This document shows, in pieces, positions 9,279-17,245 of a stretch of DNA of 40,091 bases. Within the stretch, counting starts at the first letter, position 1. Each line of letters starts with the position of its first letter. Origin of the DNA: a virus (Duplodnaviria; Caudoviricetes); the IMG/VR virus record IMGVR_UViG_3300033076_000932, positions 1 to 40,091 of that record. The stretch is one strand, 5' to 3'. The notes beneath the pieces were generated by a model. It searched no databases. It saw only the letters and a program-made list of their open reading frames with translations, and was not told the origin of the DNA. The translations under genes and the position numbers were made by a program.

Positions 9279-10267
9279 GGCATCTCAATCAAAATGCGCC
9301 CAGCTTCACCCGCCCGCACCAGGTCAATGGCTTGGTTGATCTGCTCCAGCTTGAAGCGGTGGGTGATTAACCCGTGGCAGGAGAGACTGTCTGCCGCTTT
9401 GAGATAGCGTGGAATGTCAACATCTGGGCGGAAGCCACCACCCTGCGTGGCGCGGATGCTCTTGCCGTCGCCATCAAACATATGGCGGGCACTCTTGATG
9501 CACACCGGGCGATGCGGCGGGGGTTGCCCGATCATCACATAGCGGCCAGAGGGTGCGAGGTGCCCAAGCGCATCCTCCATTGTCTCTGGGTTGCCTGCGG
9601 TGTCCAAGATGAGATCGAACTTCCCGGTGATGCGCTCAGTGGTGAGGTTCACAAACTCGCCACCCTGTATTTCCACCCGCCTCCGCTTGCTCTCATGCAC
9701 GTCACAGGCGCAGACACGGGAAGGGGTGGAAAGCTCAAGGGCTGCAAGGAGTGAGTAGCCCAGCCCACCCACGCCAATCACCAGCACCTCTTCACCAAGC
9801 TGCAGCCGCTCTTGCTCCAGCGTAGCCAATGCGGTGGAGAGTGAGCACCCAAGCAGGCAGCAAAGGTCATTGTCTGTGCCAGCGGGGACTGGCGTGAGCC
9901 GGTTCTCTGAGCAGATGCTTTGCTCTGCAAAGGTGGTGACTAGGCCGGATGTGATGGTGCTGCCTTTGTATTCGTACTTCGGGAATGGCGAATTGATGCC
10001 ACCAGCCTGCCGCCAGTGCATCACAACCTTGTCGCCCACTTTGATCCTGCTCACACCAGGGCCAATCTTTTCAACGATTCCCACACCCTCATGCCCCAGC
10101 AGATGCGGGAGCGGCCCGCCCTTCTCCCCCTTGATCTCCTGCAGTTGCGCACCGCAGATGCCGCTGGCCAGCACCTTCACCTGTACCTGCCCAACATCCA
10201 GCGAAGTCAGGCCAACGTCTGCCACCACCAGCGGGGCATTCAGTTCCTCGAGCACCGCCGCCCTCAC
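9275..10267 (-). CDS. Zinc-dependent medium-chain alcohol dehydrogenase
   Basis: GICGAQ, GHEGVG catalytic-Zn motifs; GVGGLG Rossmann motif. Confidence 0.92.
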   Translation of the reverse strand: MRAAVLEELNAPLVVADVGLTSLDVGQVQVKVLASGICGAQLQEIKGEKGGPLPHLLGHEGVGIVEKIGPGVSRIKVGDKVVMHWRQAGGINSPFPKYEYKGSTITSGLVTTFAEQSICSENRLTPVPAGTDNDLCCLLGCSLSTALATLEQERLQLGEEVLVIGVGGLGYSLLAALELSTPSRVCACDVHESKRRRVEIQGGEFVNLTTERITGKFDLILDTAGNPETMEDALGHLAPSGRYVMIGQPPPHRPVCIKSARHMFDGDGKSIRATQGGGFRPDVDIPRYLKAADSLSCHGLITHRFKLEQINQAIDLVRAGEAGRILIEMP

Positions 10268-10503
10268 TTGCCACCTCCTGCTGCGGCACGCTTCTGCTTT
10301 GGCATTGGCACAACCGCACCCTCACCAATCACCGCAGGGGCATTGTGCAGCACTACCGCCTGTGCCACGTCACCGCAGGCAGTCCAGTAGTTGGCGTTGA
10401 ACGGACCACCCGCAGGCACATACCCGTGGGAAATGTGGATCGCCACCAGCGACTCCAGATCCGTGAAGTTCTGGGCGGTGAGAATTTTATATGGCTTGCT
10501 CAT
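10264..10503 (-). CDS. Small DUF1737-like protein
   Basis: YKILTAQNFTDLESLVAIHISHGYVPAGGP...AQAVV; GGAGG SD before ATG 10503. Confidence 0.5.
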   Translation of the reverse strand: MSKPYKILTAQNFTDLESLVAIHISHGYVPAGGPFNANYWTACGDVAQAVVLHNAPAVIGEGAVVPMPKQKRAAAGGGK

Positions 10504-10606
10504 GTGTAGATCCTCCGAAGTGGCTTCCAGTTCACCGAGAGCTTGAGATGCTTCTGCCATGCGTGGGCAGAAATGTGCTTTGGTTTGCTGCGCTTGTTGC
10601 TCTTGC

Positions 10607-11413
10607 TCATAGGATGCCCCGTAGTTGCAGAATCTTTCGCGCCTGCACAAAGTTGGCAGCGTGCGCGGTGTTGGGTGCCAGCTCCACCTTCTCACTGCCA
10701 AGCAGGATCAGGCGGAACTCCACGCTGGCAGAGTTGAACACGTTGAAGGTGGGCCAGCAGGGGCCGGTTGCCACCATGATGATATAGCGGCAGAAGCGGG
10801 AGAGCGCACCAATCTGTGTGACAGTCATGGCACGATCAATCGTGCAGGGCACCTTGAGCCGGGTGCGGGCGGTGGTCACCACCCGGTGCTTCTGTGCTAG
10901 GTCATGCACCAGGTGCTCCATCTGCATCACGTCATAGGCCGGGAGCTGCCCGCTCTTTGGCGGTGAGTTGATCACCAGACAATCAAACGCTGGGAACTCA
11001 AACCGCCGCAGCGCAGGGTAGTCAAAGAGCAGATCCGCTGTGTTGTGGATTGGGCACTCCAAGCGCATCTGCTGCGCTAGGTGGTGGAAAAACTTCACAT
11101 AGAATGCCCCGTAGTTGAGCGCATCATCATGGTGCTCCCAGTACCCGCCCGCATTCTTCCAGGCATCAATGGAGCGCAGTAGTGGGCGTGGCTGCATATC
11201 CCAATACAGCCGATCCCCGTCGCTCACCGTCTCAAGGTCACAGACTGAGAGGTTGGGCAGGTCACTCACCACCTCTGCCAGTTGGTGGATGTACTCAAAG
11301 TGGGCGTAGTGGATGAAGCGATCCTCAACGTGAGCCTGCGCCAGCTTCCGCAGGAACTGCAGATGCTGCAGGTTGTCACCGAGCCGCAGGGCGCAATGGG
11401 TGCGGTGGATCAT
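10607..11413 (-). CDS. Glycosyltransferase, GT9 (heptosyltransferase)-like GT-B fold
   Basis: N-terminal RLGDNL and C-terminal IGALSRFCRYIIMVATGPCW match GT9 hallmark regions. Confidence 0.65.
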   Translation of the reverse strand: MIHRTHCALRLGDNLQHLQFLRKLAQAHVEDRFIHYAHFEYIHQLAEVVSDLPNLSVCDLETVSDGDRLYWDMQPRPLLRSIDAWKNAGGYWEHHDDALNYGAFYVKFFHHLAQQMRLECPIHNTADLLFDYPALRRFEFPAFDCLVINSPPKSGQLPAYDVMQMEHLVHDLAQKHRVVTTARTRLKVPCTIDRAMTVTQIGALSRFCRYIIMVATGPCWPTFNVFNSASVEFRLILLGSEKVELAPNTAHAANFVQARKILQLRGIL

Positions 11414-11673
11414 AGCTCACCCCTGCAAACCATCTCCCTGATTTCTTCCCAAGACTTGGGCTTCAAGCATTGTCCTTTTTCAAGTGCTGCGATCTTTTTG
11501 TGTGCCCGCTCAAGTTCTTCCATGAGCGTGGTGATGTTTCTGGCATCCCTCGCAAGGCTCTCCTTCATCGCAATGTTATCCTTGATAATCGAAGACAGGT
11601 GCAGCACCAGGCCCTCCACGTTCTTTGGGGTTATCTTCTTTGGAATGCCGTGAGTGTATTTCTTATGCTTCAT
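11410..11673 (-). CDS. Hypothetical coiled-coil protein
   Basis: 87 aa, 4-nt overlaps with both neighbours. Confidence 0.6.
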   Translation of the reverse strand: MKHKKYTHGIPKKITPKNVEGLVLHLSSIIKDNIAMKESLARDARNITTLMEELERAHKKIAALEKGQCLKPKSWEEIREMVCRGEL

Positions 11674-11978
11674 GGGAGTGATTTGCCTGTATATTCTTTT
11701 CTTTTTGCTTCGATGAACTTGACCAACCCACGAAGCTCTTTGATCGCACGATCCATTTCTTCTAGTTCGTATCCGCCATCAACAACGGCACGCTTCATTT
11801 TTTTGATCAGTTTTTCTCCGGTAAGCGTGTTGCCAATTTCGTCGCGCTCATCATTTGCAAGAGCAATTTCCCATCCGCCTCTGATAAAAGAGCAGTGGAA
11901 GACAGGAACAAACGGACCAGCATTTTCGTCACAAAGATCGCGGATTCTATCAAGACGCTCTTGCTTTGTGTATTTCAT
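11670..11978 (-). CDS. Hypothetical protein
   Basis: 102 aa, 4-nt overlaps with both neighbours; AT-richer than flanks. Confidence 0.6.
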   Translation of the reverse strand: MKYTKQERLDRIRDLCDENAGPFVPVFHCSFIRGGWEIALANDERDEIGNTLTGEKLIKKMKRAVVDGGYELEEMDRAIKELRGLVKFIEAKRKEYTGKSLP

Positions 11979-13801
11979 GGGATCGCGTGCTTGGGATTTC
12001 TGCGGTTATAGATGGCCTTCCCCTCCACATAGCGGCGGTGCTCGTTCTGCCGCTTGTGCGTCTCATCCCACTGCTCCAGCGGCAGGTTCTTGAACACCGG
12101 GTGATCGTGGGAGAACACGATATGCGGTGCCTGCACCACCACCTCATCATCATAGGCCCGCACCGTGAACTCATTATCAGAAAAGACCCCGAAATACTCG
12201 GATGAGAACATTTCAAACCCCTGCGCCTCATAACGGGCACGGGTCAGGATTGCCATGCACAGAAGTGCATCTGTGCGGTGGTTGTCTCGCACCGCCAGCA
12301 CCAGCGGGGTTGAGCCAACGGTGCCAGTCTCTGCGCTGGCCAGCGGTTCCAGTGATTCCCAGATCAGCGCATCCCAGTCATGGCATGGTATCCAATCATC
12401 CGACAACTGCACCAGCACCTCACCGGCAGACACTGCCGCAGCCGCATTCCATGCCTTCACGCAGCCGTTGGGCTCCTTCACCACCACATGCCGGTGGTGC
12501 TGCAGCAGCTCCAGGCTCTCCTCGTCATCCTCATCAATGGCAAAGATGTGCTCCACCCCCAGCGGGCAGAATGCCGCCCGCATCCACAGTGACCTGCACT
12601 CAAGGGCTTTCTTGGCCCGCCCACGGGTGGCGTGGATGAGGGAGATGCGGTTGCCGTTGGCCTTGAATATCTGCTGCTCAGTGGTGCGTGCCAGTTCCTC
12701 CTGCCCTGCGGCCCGCAGCGATAGCACCCGCAGATTGGCCCCTTCCCACCCATGATACTTGTCTGAGGTGGGGTAGCCGGTGGCTCGAGCCTTCGGGATC
12801 GCCTGCATGAACCCGGTGGCAACTGTGGCTCGCCCGCCACGCCCAGCCCGCAGTTCATAGCTGGCAAGGTCTCCCCATGCCAAGCGGTTCTTGGGATTGA
12901 TGCGGATGGCAGACCAGCAAAGATCAATCGCGTGCTCCACATCCTTGGTGGCGGCAATCTGCGCTTGGTTGCAGAACAGGTCATACCGCTGCTCTGGCAG
13001 GCAATCAGTCTGATGGGCCAGCTCTGCCCACTTGGTTGCCTGCTCCGCATCCTCTGCCTTCTTCCCCTGCTGCCACCGATAGAATGCCTCCCGGTGCAGC
13101 TCAAAGGCATAGGCGTGGATGTAGCGGATCTGGTGCTTCATGATCCGCTCATTGCGCAGCGGGTCACGCTCCTTCTCCCGCAGCGGGGCGTGCTCAAAGA
13201 TCACCCGGTTCTCAATCAGAGCCTTCCAGTCCTTTCCCTGCGGGTGCTTGAGATGCACCCTGCACTGCTCATGCACCGGCTGCACCCACTGGGAGATGCC
13301 GGTGCGGAACAGCCGCTCCCGCACATTGCTCTCATTCTGCCCGCGCAGGTCATAGGTGAAGAAAAACTGGTCATGCGAGTCTGCATCCGCGCACAGGCGC
13401 AGCAGCTCCGCGCCACCCACTCCCTCCACTGCCGGGGCAAGCACATCGTCTATATCTGCCCAGAACTGCCAAGGGCAGGTTGCCATTGCCCATGCTTGAT
13501 TGCGGGCGGCAGCAAAGTCATCCACATGGGGCCAGGTTGCCGGGGTGTGCTCCTCCACCTCACACCCAACTTCCGGTGGCATTGCGGCCAAATTCCAAGC
13601 GTTCTTATATTCACCGCATAGAAACGTCTTGCCGTGCTTCCTGCACCAATCCTTGGCCAAGGAAAGGGTCTTGTCATGGCGGTTGTTGCCGACTGCCCGC
13701 ACCAGGCACAGCTCATCAAACGCATCCTTGAATGAGTTAAGGAACCGCTCAATGCTCGGCTCCTCGTTTCCCGTAATACAGCAGAGTGATATCTTGCTCA
13801 A
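11975..13801 (-). CDS. Multidomain glycosyltransferase: GT2 + TPR + second GT-A domain
   Basis: KISLCCITGNEE, DDFAAARN, WADIDD (DxD), VHE; TPR-like helices; second domain ISLIHATRGR...AWNAAA...LSDDW...SDNEF. TTG 13801 preferred over 13873, which lies in the terminator. Confidence 0.85.
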   Translation of the reverse strand: MSKISLCCITGNEEPSIERFLNSFKDAFDELCLVRAVGNNRHDKTLSLAKDWCRKHGKTFLCGEYKNAWNLAAMPPEVGCEVEEHTPATWPHVDDFAAARNQAWAMATCPWQFWADIDDVLAPAVEGVGGAELLRLCADADSHDQFFFTYDLRGQNESNVRERLFRTGISQWVQPVHEQCRVHLKHPQGKDWKALIENRVIFEHAPLREKERDPLRNERIMKHQIRYIHAYAFELHREAFYRWQQGKKAEDAEQATKWAELAHQTDCLPEQRYDLFCNQAQIAATKDVEHAIDLCWSAIRINPKNRLAWGDLASYELRAGRGGRATVATGFMQAIPKARATGYPTSDKYHGWEGANLRVLSLRAAGQEELARTTEQQIFKANGNRISLIHATRGRAKKALECRSLWMRAAFCPLGVEHIFAIDEDDEESLELLQHHRHVVVKEPNGCVKAWNAAAAVSAGEVLVQLSDDWIPCHDWDALIWESLEPLASAETGTVGSTPLVLAVRDNHRTDALLCMAILTRARYEAQGFEMFSSEYFGVFSDNEFTVRAYDDEVVVQAPHIVFSHDHPVFKNLPLEQWDETHKRQNEHRRYVEGKAIYNRRNPKHAIP

Positions 13802-13865
13802 TATGGTGTCCCCCGTGGGCTCTGTTATATCATGGGATCGCTGATCCTCAAAATCTGGCTTCTGG

Positions 13866-13903
13866 AAACACAAAGCCCACCCAGCTTGTGGCTAGGTGGG
13901 CTT
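13866..13903 (-). terminator. Intrinsic terminator after the major capsid gene
   Basis: Stem AAGCCCACCTAGC / GCTGGGTGGGCTT with a 5-nt loop, followed by TGTGTTT. Confidence 0.75.
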
Positions 13904-13943
13904 CGATGAATAACCCCGCTCGCTTTATTTACACCCCAGAAGA

Positions 13944-14918
13944 TTAAGCGTAAGAGGTGACCAGAAGCTGTGCAGCCGTCGCCAGCACAATCTTCTCATC
14001 GGTGTACTGGCGGGCACGGATGATCGTGCTGCGGATGTTCTCATCCCGGTAGCTTTCCACCGTGAAAATGTCCGCATCCTGCTGCCAGAACAACGTATGA
14101 CCAACCGAGCCCGAGAAGAAGTCGTTGGCCGAAGCCGCCGCCTTCACCGTGCCGATCCAGATGTACGAATTGCTCCAGATGTTGGAGAGGCTGGAGGCGG
14201 AAGCGTTCTCGTTGGTGGTGTCATAGGTGGCACGACCAACCAGCACTTCCTTCACGCCAAGAGCCTGCGCCATCGCCGTCTCATCCAGCACAAGCTGGGA
14301 GTCGGTGGAGATGGTGCCACGGATGCGGTTCTGCAGGCGGGTGGAAGCCCGAGCCCGCAGGAACACCGGCAGCGACATGACCACCGTGAGATCCATCGTG
14401 TTTTCACCACGGCTCTGGATTTCCTGCTTCGCAAGGTCGATATCCAGACCGATATCAAACGTGGCGAGGTTGGCGGCGGTGTAAGCCGTCGCAGCAGTGG
14501 AGAGATTGAACGTAGCCGGGGCGAACACCGCCGCAGCCACCCGCTTCTCATGCGCCAACTGAACCTGGCGATACTTGCGGCGGGTCTCAAACGACTCCAG
14601 CGAGAAGAACCGCGAAACATCGGAGGCATTGTCATCCGGCACGATAGCCTCGGCACCGTACTCAATGCAGGTAAAGGTGTCGCTGGTGTAGCTCGCACTG
14701 TCGCGGGCGTAGTTCGCACCGGGACCGCGCCGCTTCACATTGCCCTCACGCAGCAAGCTGCCGCTGTTCTTGGTGATGACGGGATACTGCCCAGCCTTGG
14801 CCGGAACAGGGAGAGGCGGCAGAACCTTCGGGCCAATGAACAGCTCCGAAGTATTGAATGCTTCCTCGACAACGCCGCGCAGATCCGCGCGAAGAATGGC
14901 TCCACCTTGTGCGTACAT
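13944..14918 (-). CDS. Major capsid protein (lambda gpE-like family)
   Basis: 324 aa; FIGPKVLPPLPV...GQYP, HEKRVAA, LGVKEVLVGRA; follows protease and decoration genes and precedes a terminator. Confidence 0.85.
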   Translation of the reverse strand: MYAQGGAILRADLRGVVEEAFNTSELFIGPKVLPPLPVPAKAGQYPVITKNSGSLLREGNVKRRGPGANYARDSASYTSDTFTCIEYGAEAIVPDDNASDVSRFFSLESFETRRKYRQVQLAHEKRVAAAVFAPATFNLSTAATAYTAANLATFDIGLDIDLAKQEIQSRGENTMDLTVVMSLPVFLRARASTRLQNRIRGTISTDSQLVLDETAMAQALGVKEVLVGRATYDTTNENASASSLSNIWSNSYIWIGTVKAAASANDFFSGSVGHTLFWQQDADIFTVESYRDENIRSTIIRARQYTDEKIVLATAAQLLVTSYA

Positions 14919-14962
14919 GGTATTTAGTGATTAATGGTTTTGGTTACGACTCGGTGGAGTTG

Positions 14963-15349
14963 TTAGCTGGTGCCCTGGTAGCGCATCGCCACCTCGTAGA
15001 GCTGGCCGTTGGTGGAGGCATTCTCGAGGAGCACACCAATCTTCACGCCAGTATCGCCAGCGCGTCCGTTGGTCACCGAGACATAGCCCCCGGTCACAAC
15101 CACCATCACATCACCCGCAGTGAGCGGAGCACCCGTGATGGCAATCTGGGCGGTGCCAGCACCCCACAGGCGAACCTTCGGGTTCTCGTAGGAGTTGCTG
15201 GTGCAGTCATCCTGCAGCACACCGATGGTGGTGCTGGAATCGCAAAGGGCGGCGGTCAGCTTGCCGTTGGGCGAGCACGCCACAACGGTGCCCCGGCTCA
15301 TCGCTGCGTTCACCTGGAACGAGCGGGAGAAGTCATTTTGAGCAGACAT
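14963..15349 (-). CDS. Capsid decoration / cement protein
   Basis: 128 aa Gly-rich beta protein (IGVLQDD, LTAGD, IGVLLENA) between scaffold and capsid. Confidence 0.75.
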   Translation of the reverse strand: MSAQNDFSRSFQVNAAMSRGTVVACSPNGKLTAALCDSSTTIGVLQDDCTSNSYENPKVRLWGAGTAQIAITGAPLTAGDVMVVVTGGYVSVTNGRAGDTGVKIGVLLENASTNGQLYEVAMRYQGTS

Positions 15350-15373
15350 GGTAGGAAAAGATTTGGTTGAGGT

Positions 15374-16345
15374 TTAGGCGACGTACTTGATCGCCTTGCC
15401 GCTCTTGCGGAACTCGGCATAGCCTGCCGGGTTCTTGGCGATGGCGGCGGAAAGGGCGCGGCTCTGGCTCTTGCTGGCCTTAAACTGCGACTCCACTTCG
15501 GCAATGAACGCATCCACCGCATTGGGGGCGGCGGGAGCAGGCGTGCCGGCACCGGCACCGCCGAGATCGGCGGGAACCGGAGTGCGGCCAGTGTGGCGGG
15601 CAAACTCCTGCGCCACCGCCTTGGCGGTCAGCTCGAGGTTGGTCTTGGAATCGCCAATCTTGGTGGCGAGTTCCGTCTTCGCCGTTTCCAAGGCAGCGGA
15701 GAGTTCCGCCACCTGCTTGGTCACCGCCGCCAGCTTCTCAGCTTCGGCAGTCACCTTGATCCCCTTTTCCAGCTCGGCAACGCGGGCGGCAAATTCCGCC
15801 AGTGCCGTGGTAACTTCGGCTTTCACAGCCGCTGCGATTTGTTCAGGCGTCATGCTACCACCGGCACCAGCGTCAACGGCTGCAAACAACCCATCTGGAT
15901 TGGCTGCAGGCTCGCTCACCAAGTCGCAGCTATAAATCTCAGAGCACCTGGCACAGCGCATCCCACCCACCTCCTCGGTGGGGCCGGAGAATGCCACCGA
16001 GAGCCCAAAGGTGTCAGGGATCTTCTGGGCCAGCTCCAGCACATACTCCCGCTGCGTGCTCGACTGCAGCAGATTCAGATCCCCCTTCAGCTTGTTCCCC
16101 TCAATGCGCAGGGCGGTGATATAGCCCACGATATCCCCCGCATCCCCTTGGTGGGTCATCTTCACCTTGAGCCCGCCAGAGTATTCCTCCGCACAGGCTT
16201 TGAGCTGCTGCAGGGTGAGCTTGTCGCACATCACCCCATGCCCCTTGGCTGGCCCCTCGGTGCAGAGGCTCACCCCGCGAATCACCCCAGCCGCACAGTC
16301 TATCTGGCCAAGCTCAAACTTGAGTGGGAAGGCATACTTGCTCAT
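15374..16345 (-). CDS. Prohead protease fused to a scaffold-like C-terminus
   Basis: GVSLCTEGPAKGHG, H in MTHQ, FGLSVAF, CDLVSEPAANPDGLF; Ala/Lys/Glu coiled-coil C-half. Confidence 0.8.
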   Translation of the reverse strand: MSKYAFPLKFELGQIDCAAGVIRGVSLCTEGPAKGHGVMCDKLTLQQLKACAEEYSGGLKVKMTHQGDAGDIVGYITALRIEGNKLKGDLNLLQSSTQREYVLELAQKIPDTFGLSVAFSGPTEEVGGMRCARCSEIYSCDLVSEPAANPDGLFAAVDAGAGGSMTPEQIAAAVKAEVTTALAEFAARVAELEKGIKVTAEAEKLAAVTKQVAELSAALETAKTELATKIGDSKTNLELTAKAVAQEFARHTGRTPVPADLGGAGAGTPAPAAPNAVDAFIAEVESQFKASKSQSRALSAAIAKNPAGYAEFRKSGKAIKYVA

Positions 16346-16364
16346 GCCCACCCGGCAGCGTCAA
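16343..16364 (-). promoter_or_regulatory. TTGACG-N13-ATG late-gene motif (protease)
   Basis: TTGACG ctgccgggtgggc ATG. Confidence 0.65.
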
Positions 16365-16368
16365 AGAA

Positions 16369-16599
16369 TCAGTAGCTGCGCAGCTTCCTAGTCTTGGCCA
16401 GCCACACCTCACGGTTTTCCCTGGTGCCGTACTGGTGCTGGTTGGCATCCACATACTCCTTGCGGCACTCCCGCCACAGCCTCTCCCCAACCTTCTGCTC
16501 TTGGGTTTTGCTGCCGGTTATATCCCACACCCTTGGCACACTGATCTGCTTGGGCTTGCTGCTGCTGCCGCCATTGCTTGTTTGCTGTATTGTATTCAT
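16369..16599 (-). CDS. Hypothetical small protein
   Basis: 76-aa ORF co-oriented with the late genes. Confidence 0.4.
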   Translation of the reverse strand: MNTIQQTSNGGSSSKPKQISVPRVWDITGSKTQEQKVGERLWRECRKEYVDANQHQYGTRENREVWLAKTRKLRSY

Positions 16600-17245
16600 T
16601 GGCTGATTGAAAGTGGGAGGAGAGTGGACGCAATGAGTCCCAGCTTATAGGACTCACTGCTTTCATCGGCTGAAAATGGTATGGAGCCGTGGAGCATTTG
16701 CACTGCACTCGACCAGCGGCGATCCCTCCTAGTCTTGGCTTTTTCTCGCAGCCTGCAGTGGAGTGGGGTGGAAGTCCCCCGAATGGTTATGCCTACGTTC
16801 CTTGCATGTCTTGAAGGTTACCCTCGGCAACCGCTCCTTCAGCCATCTATCCGCTCCAGCATTTCTGGGGAAGCGGTGGCTTACGCGCACAGGTTCTTCT
16901 ATTCATTGAACCTGGAAGATGGCTTGTTGCCACCGCCTCTCTGTTCGACCGTAAACCGCGACAAAAGAAGAAGGCCAGCGGGGGTCACGCACCCAACTGG
17001 CCTTCTGGCTCGTAAGCCTCACTGAAAGTCTGTTGCGGGCGTGACTCCGCTCAAGCATCCCCGGTATGCCGTCAACCGCCGCTTTTGGCAAATCTGGCTT
17101 TTGCCCTATGGGGCCAGAGGAGTTGACCCCTGCAGATAGGGCAAGACTGGGGTGGGAGAGGGTGGGGTGCTGCACCACCAGATCCCCCCACTGCAGCGAT
17201 ACGGGTGGCGGCATAGCGGGAAACCAAGCGAACCGCCGCCCGCTT
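16600..17245 (-). ncRNA. Candidate large structured RNA / late-operon leader
   Basis: No convincing ORF; many inverted repeats, e.g. 16634-16640/16650-16656, 16812-16817/16836-16841, 16890-16896/16908-16914, 16969-16978/16997-17006, 17101-17109/17136-17144. Confidence 0.4.
16962..17006 (-). terminator. Terminator/attenuator-like hairpin
   Basis: 10-bp stem AGAAGGCCAG/CTGGCCTTCT followed by TCTTTTG on the minus strand. Confidence 0.5.
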
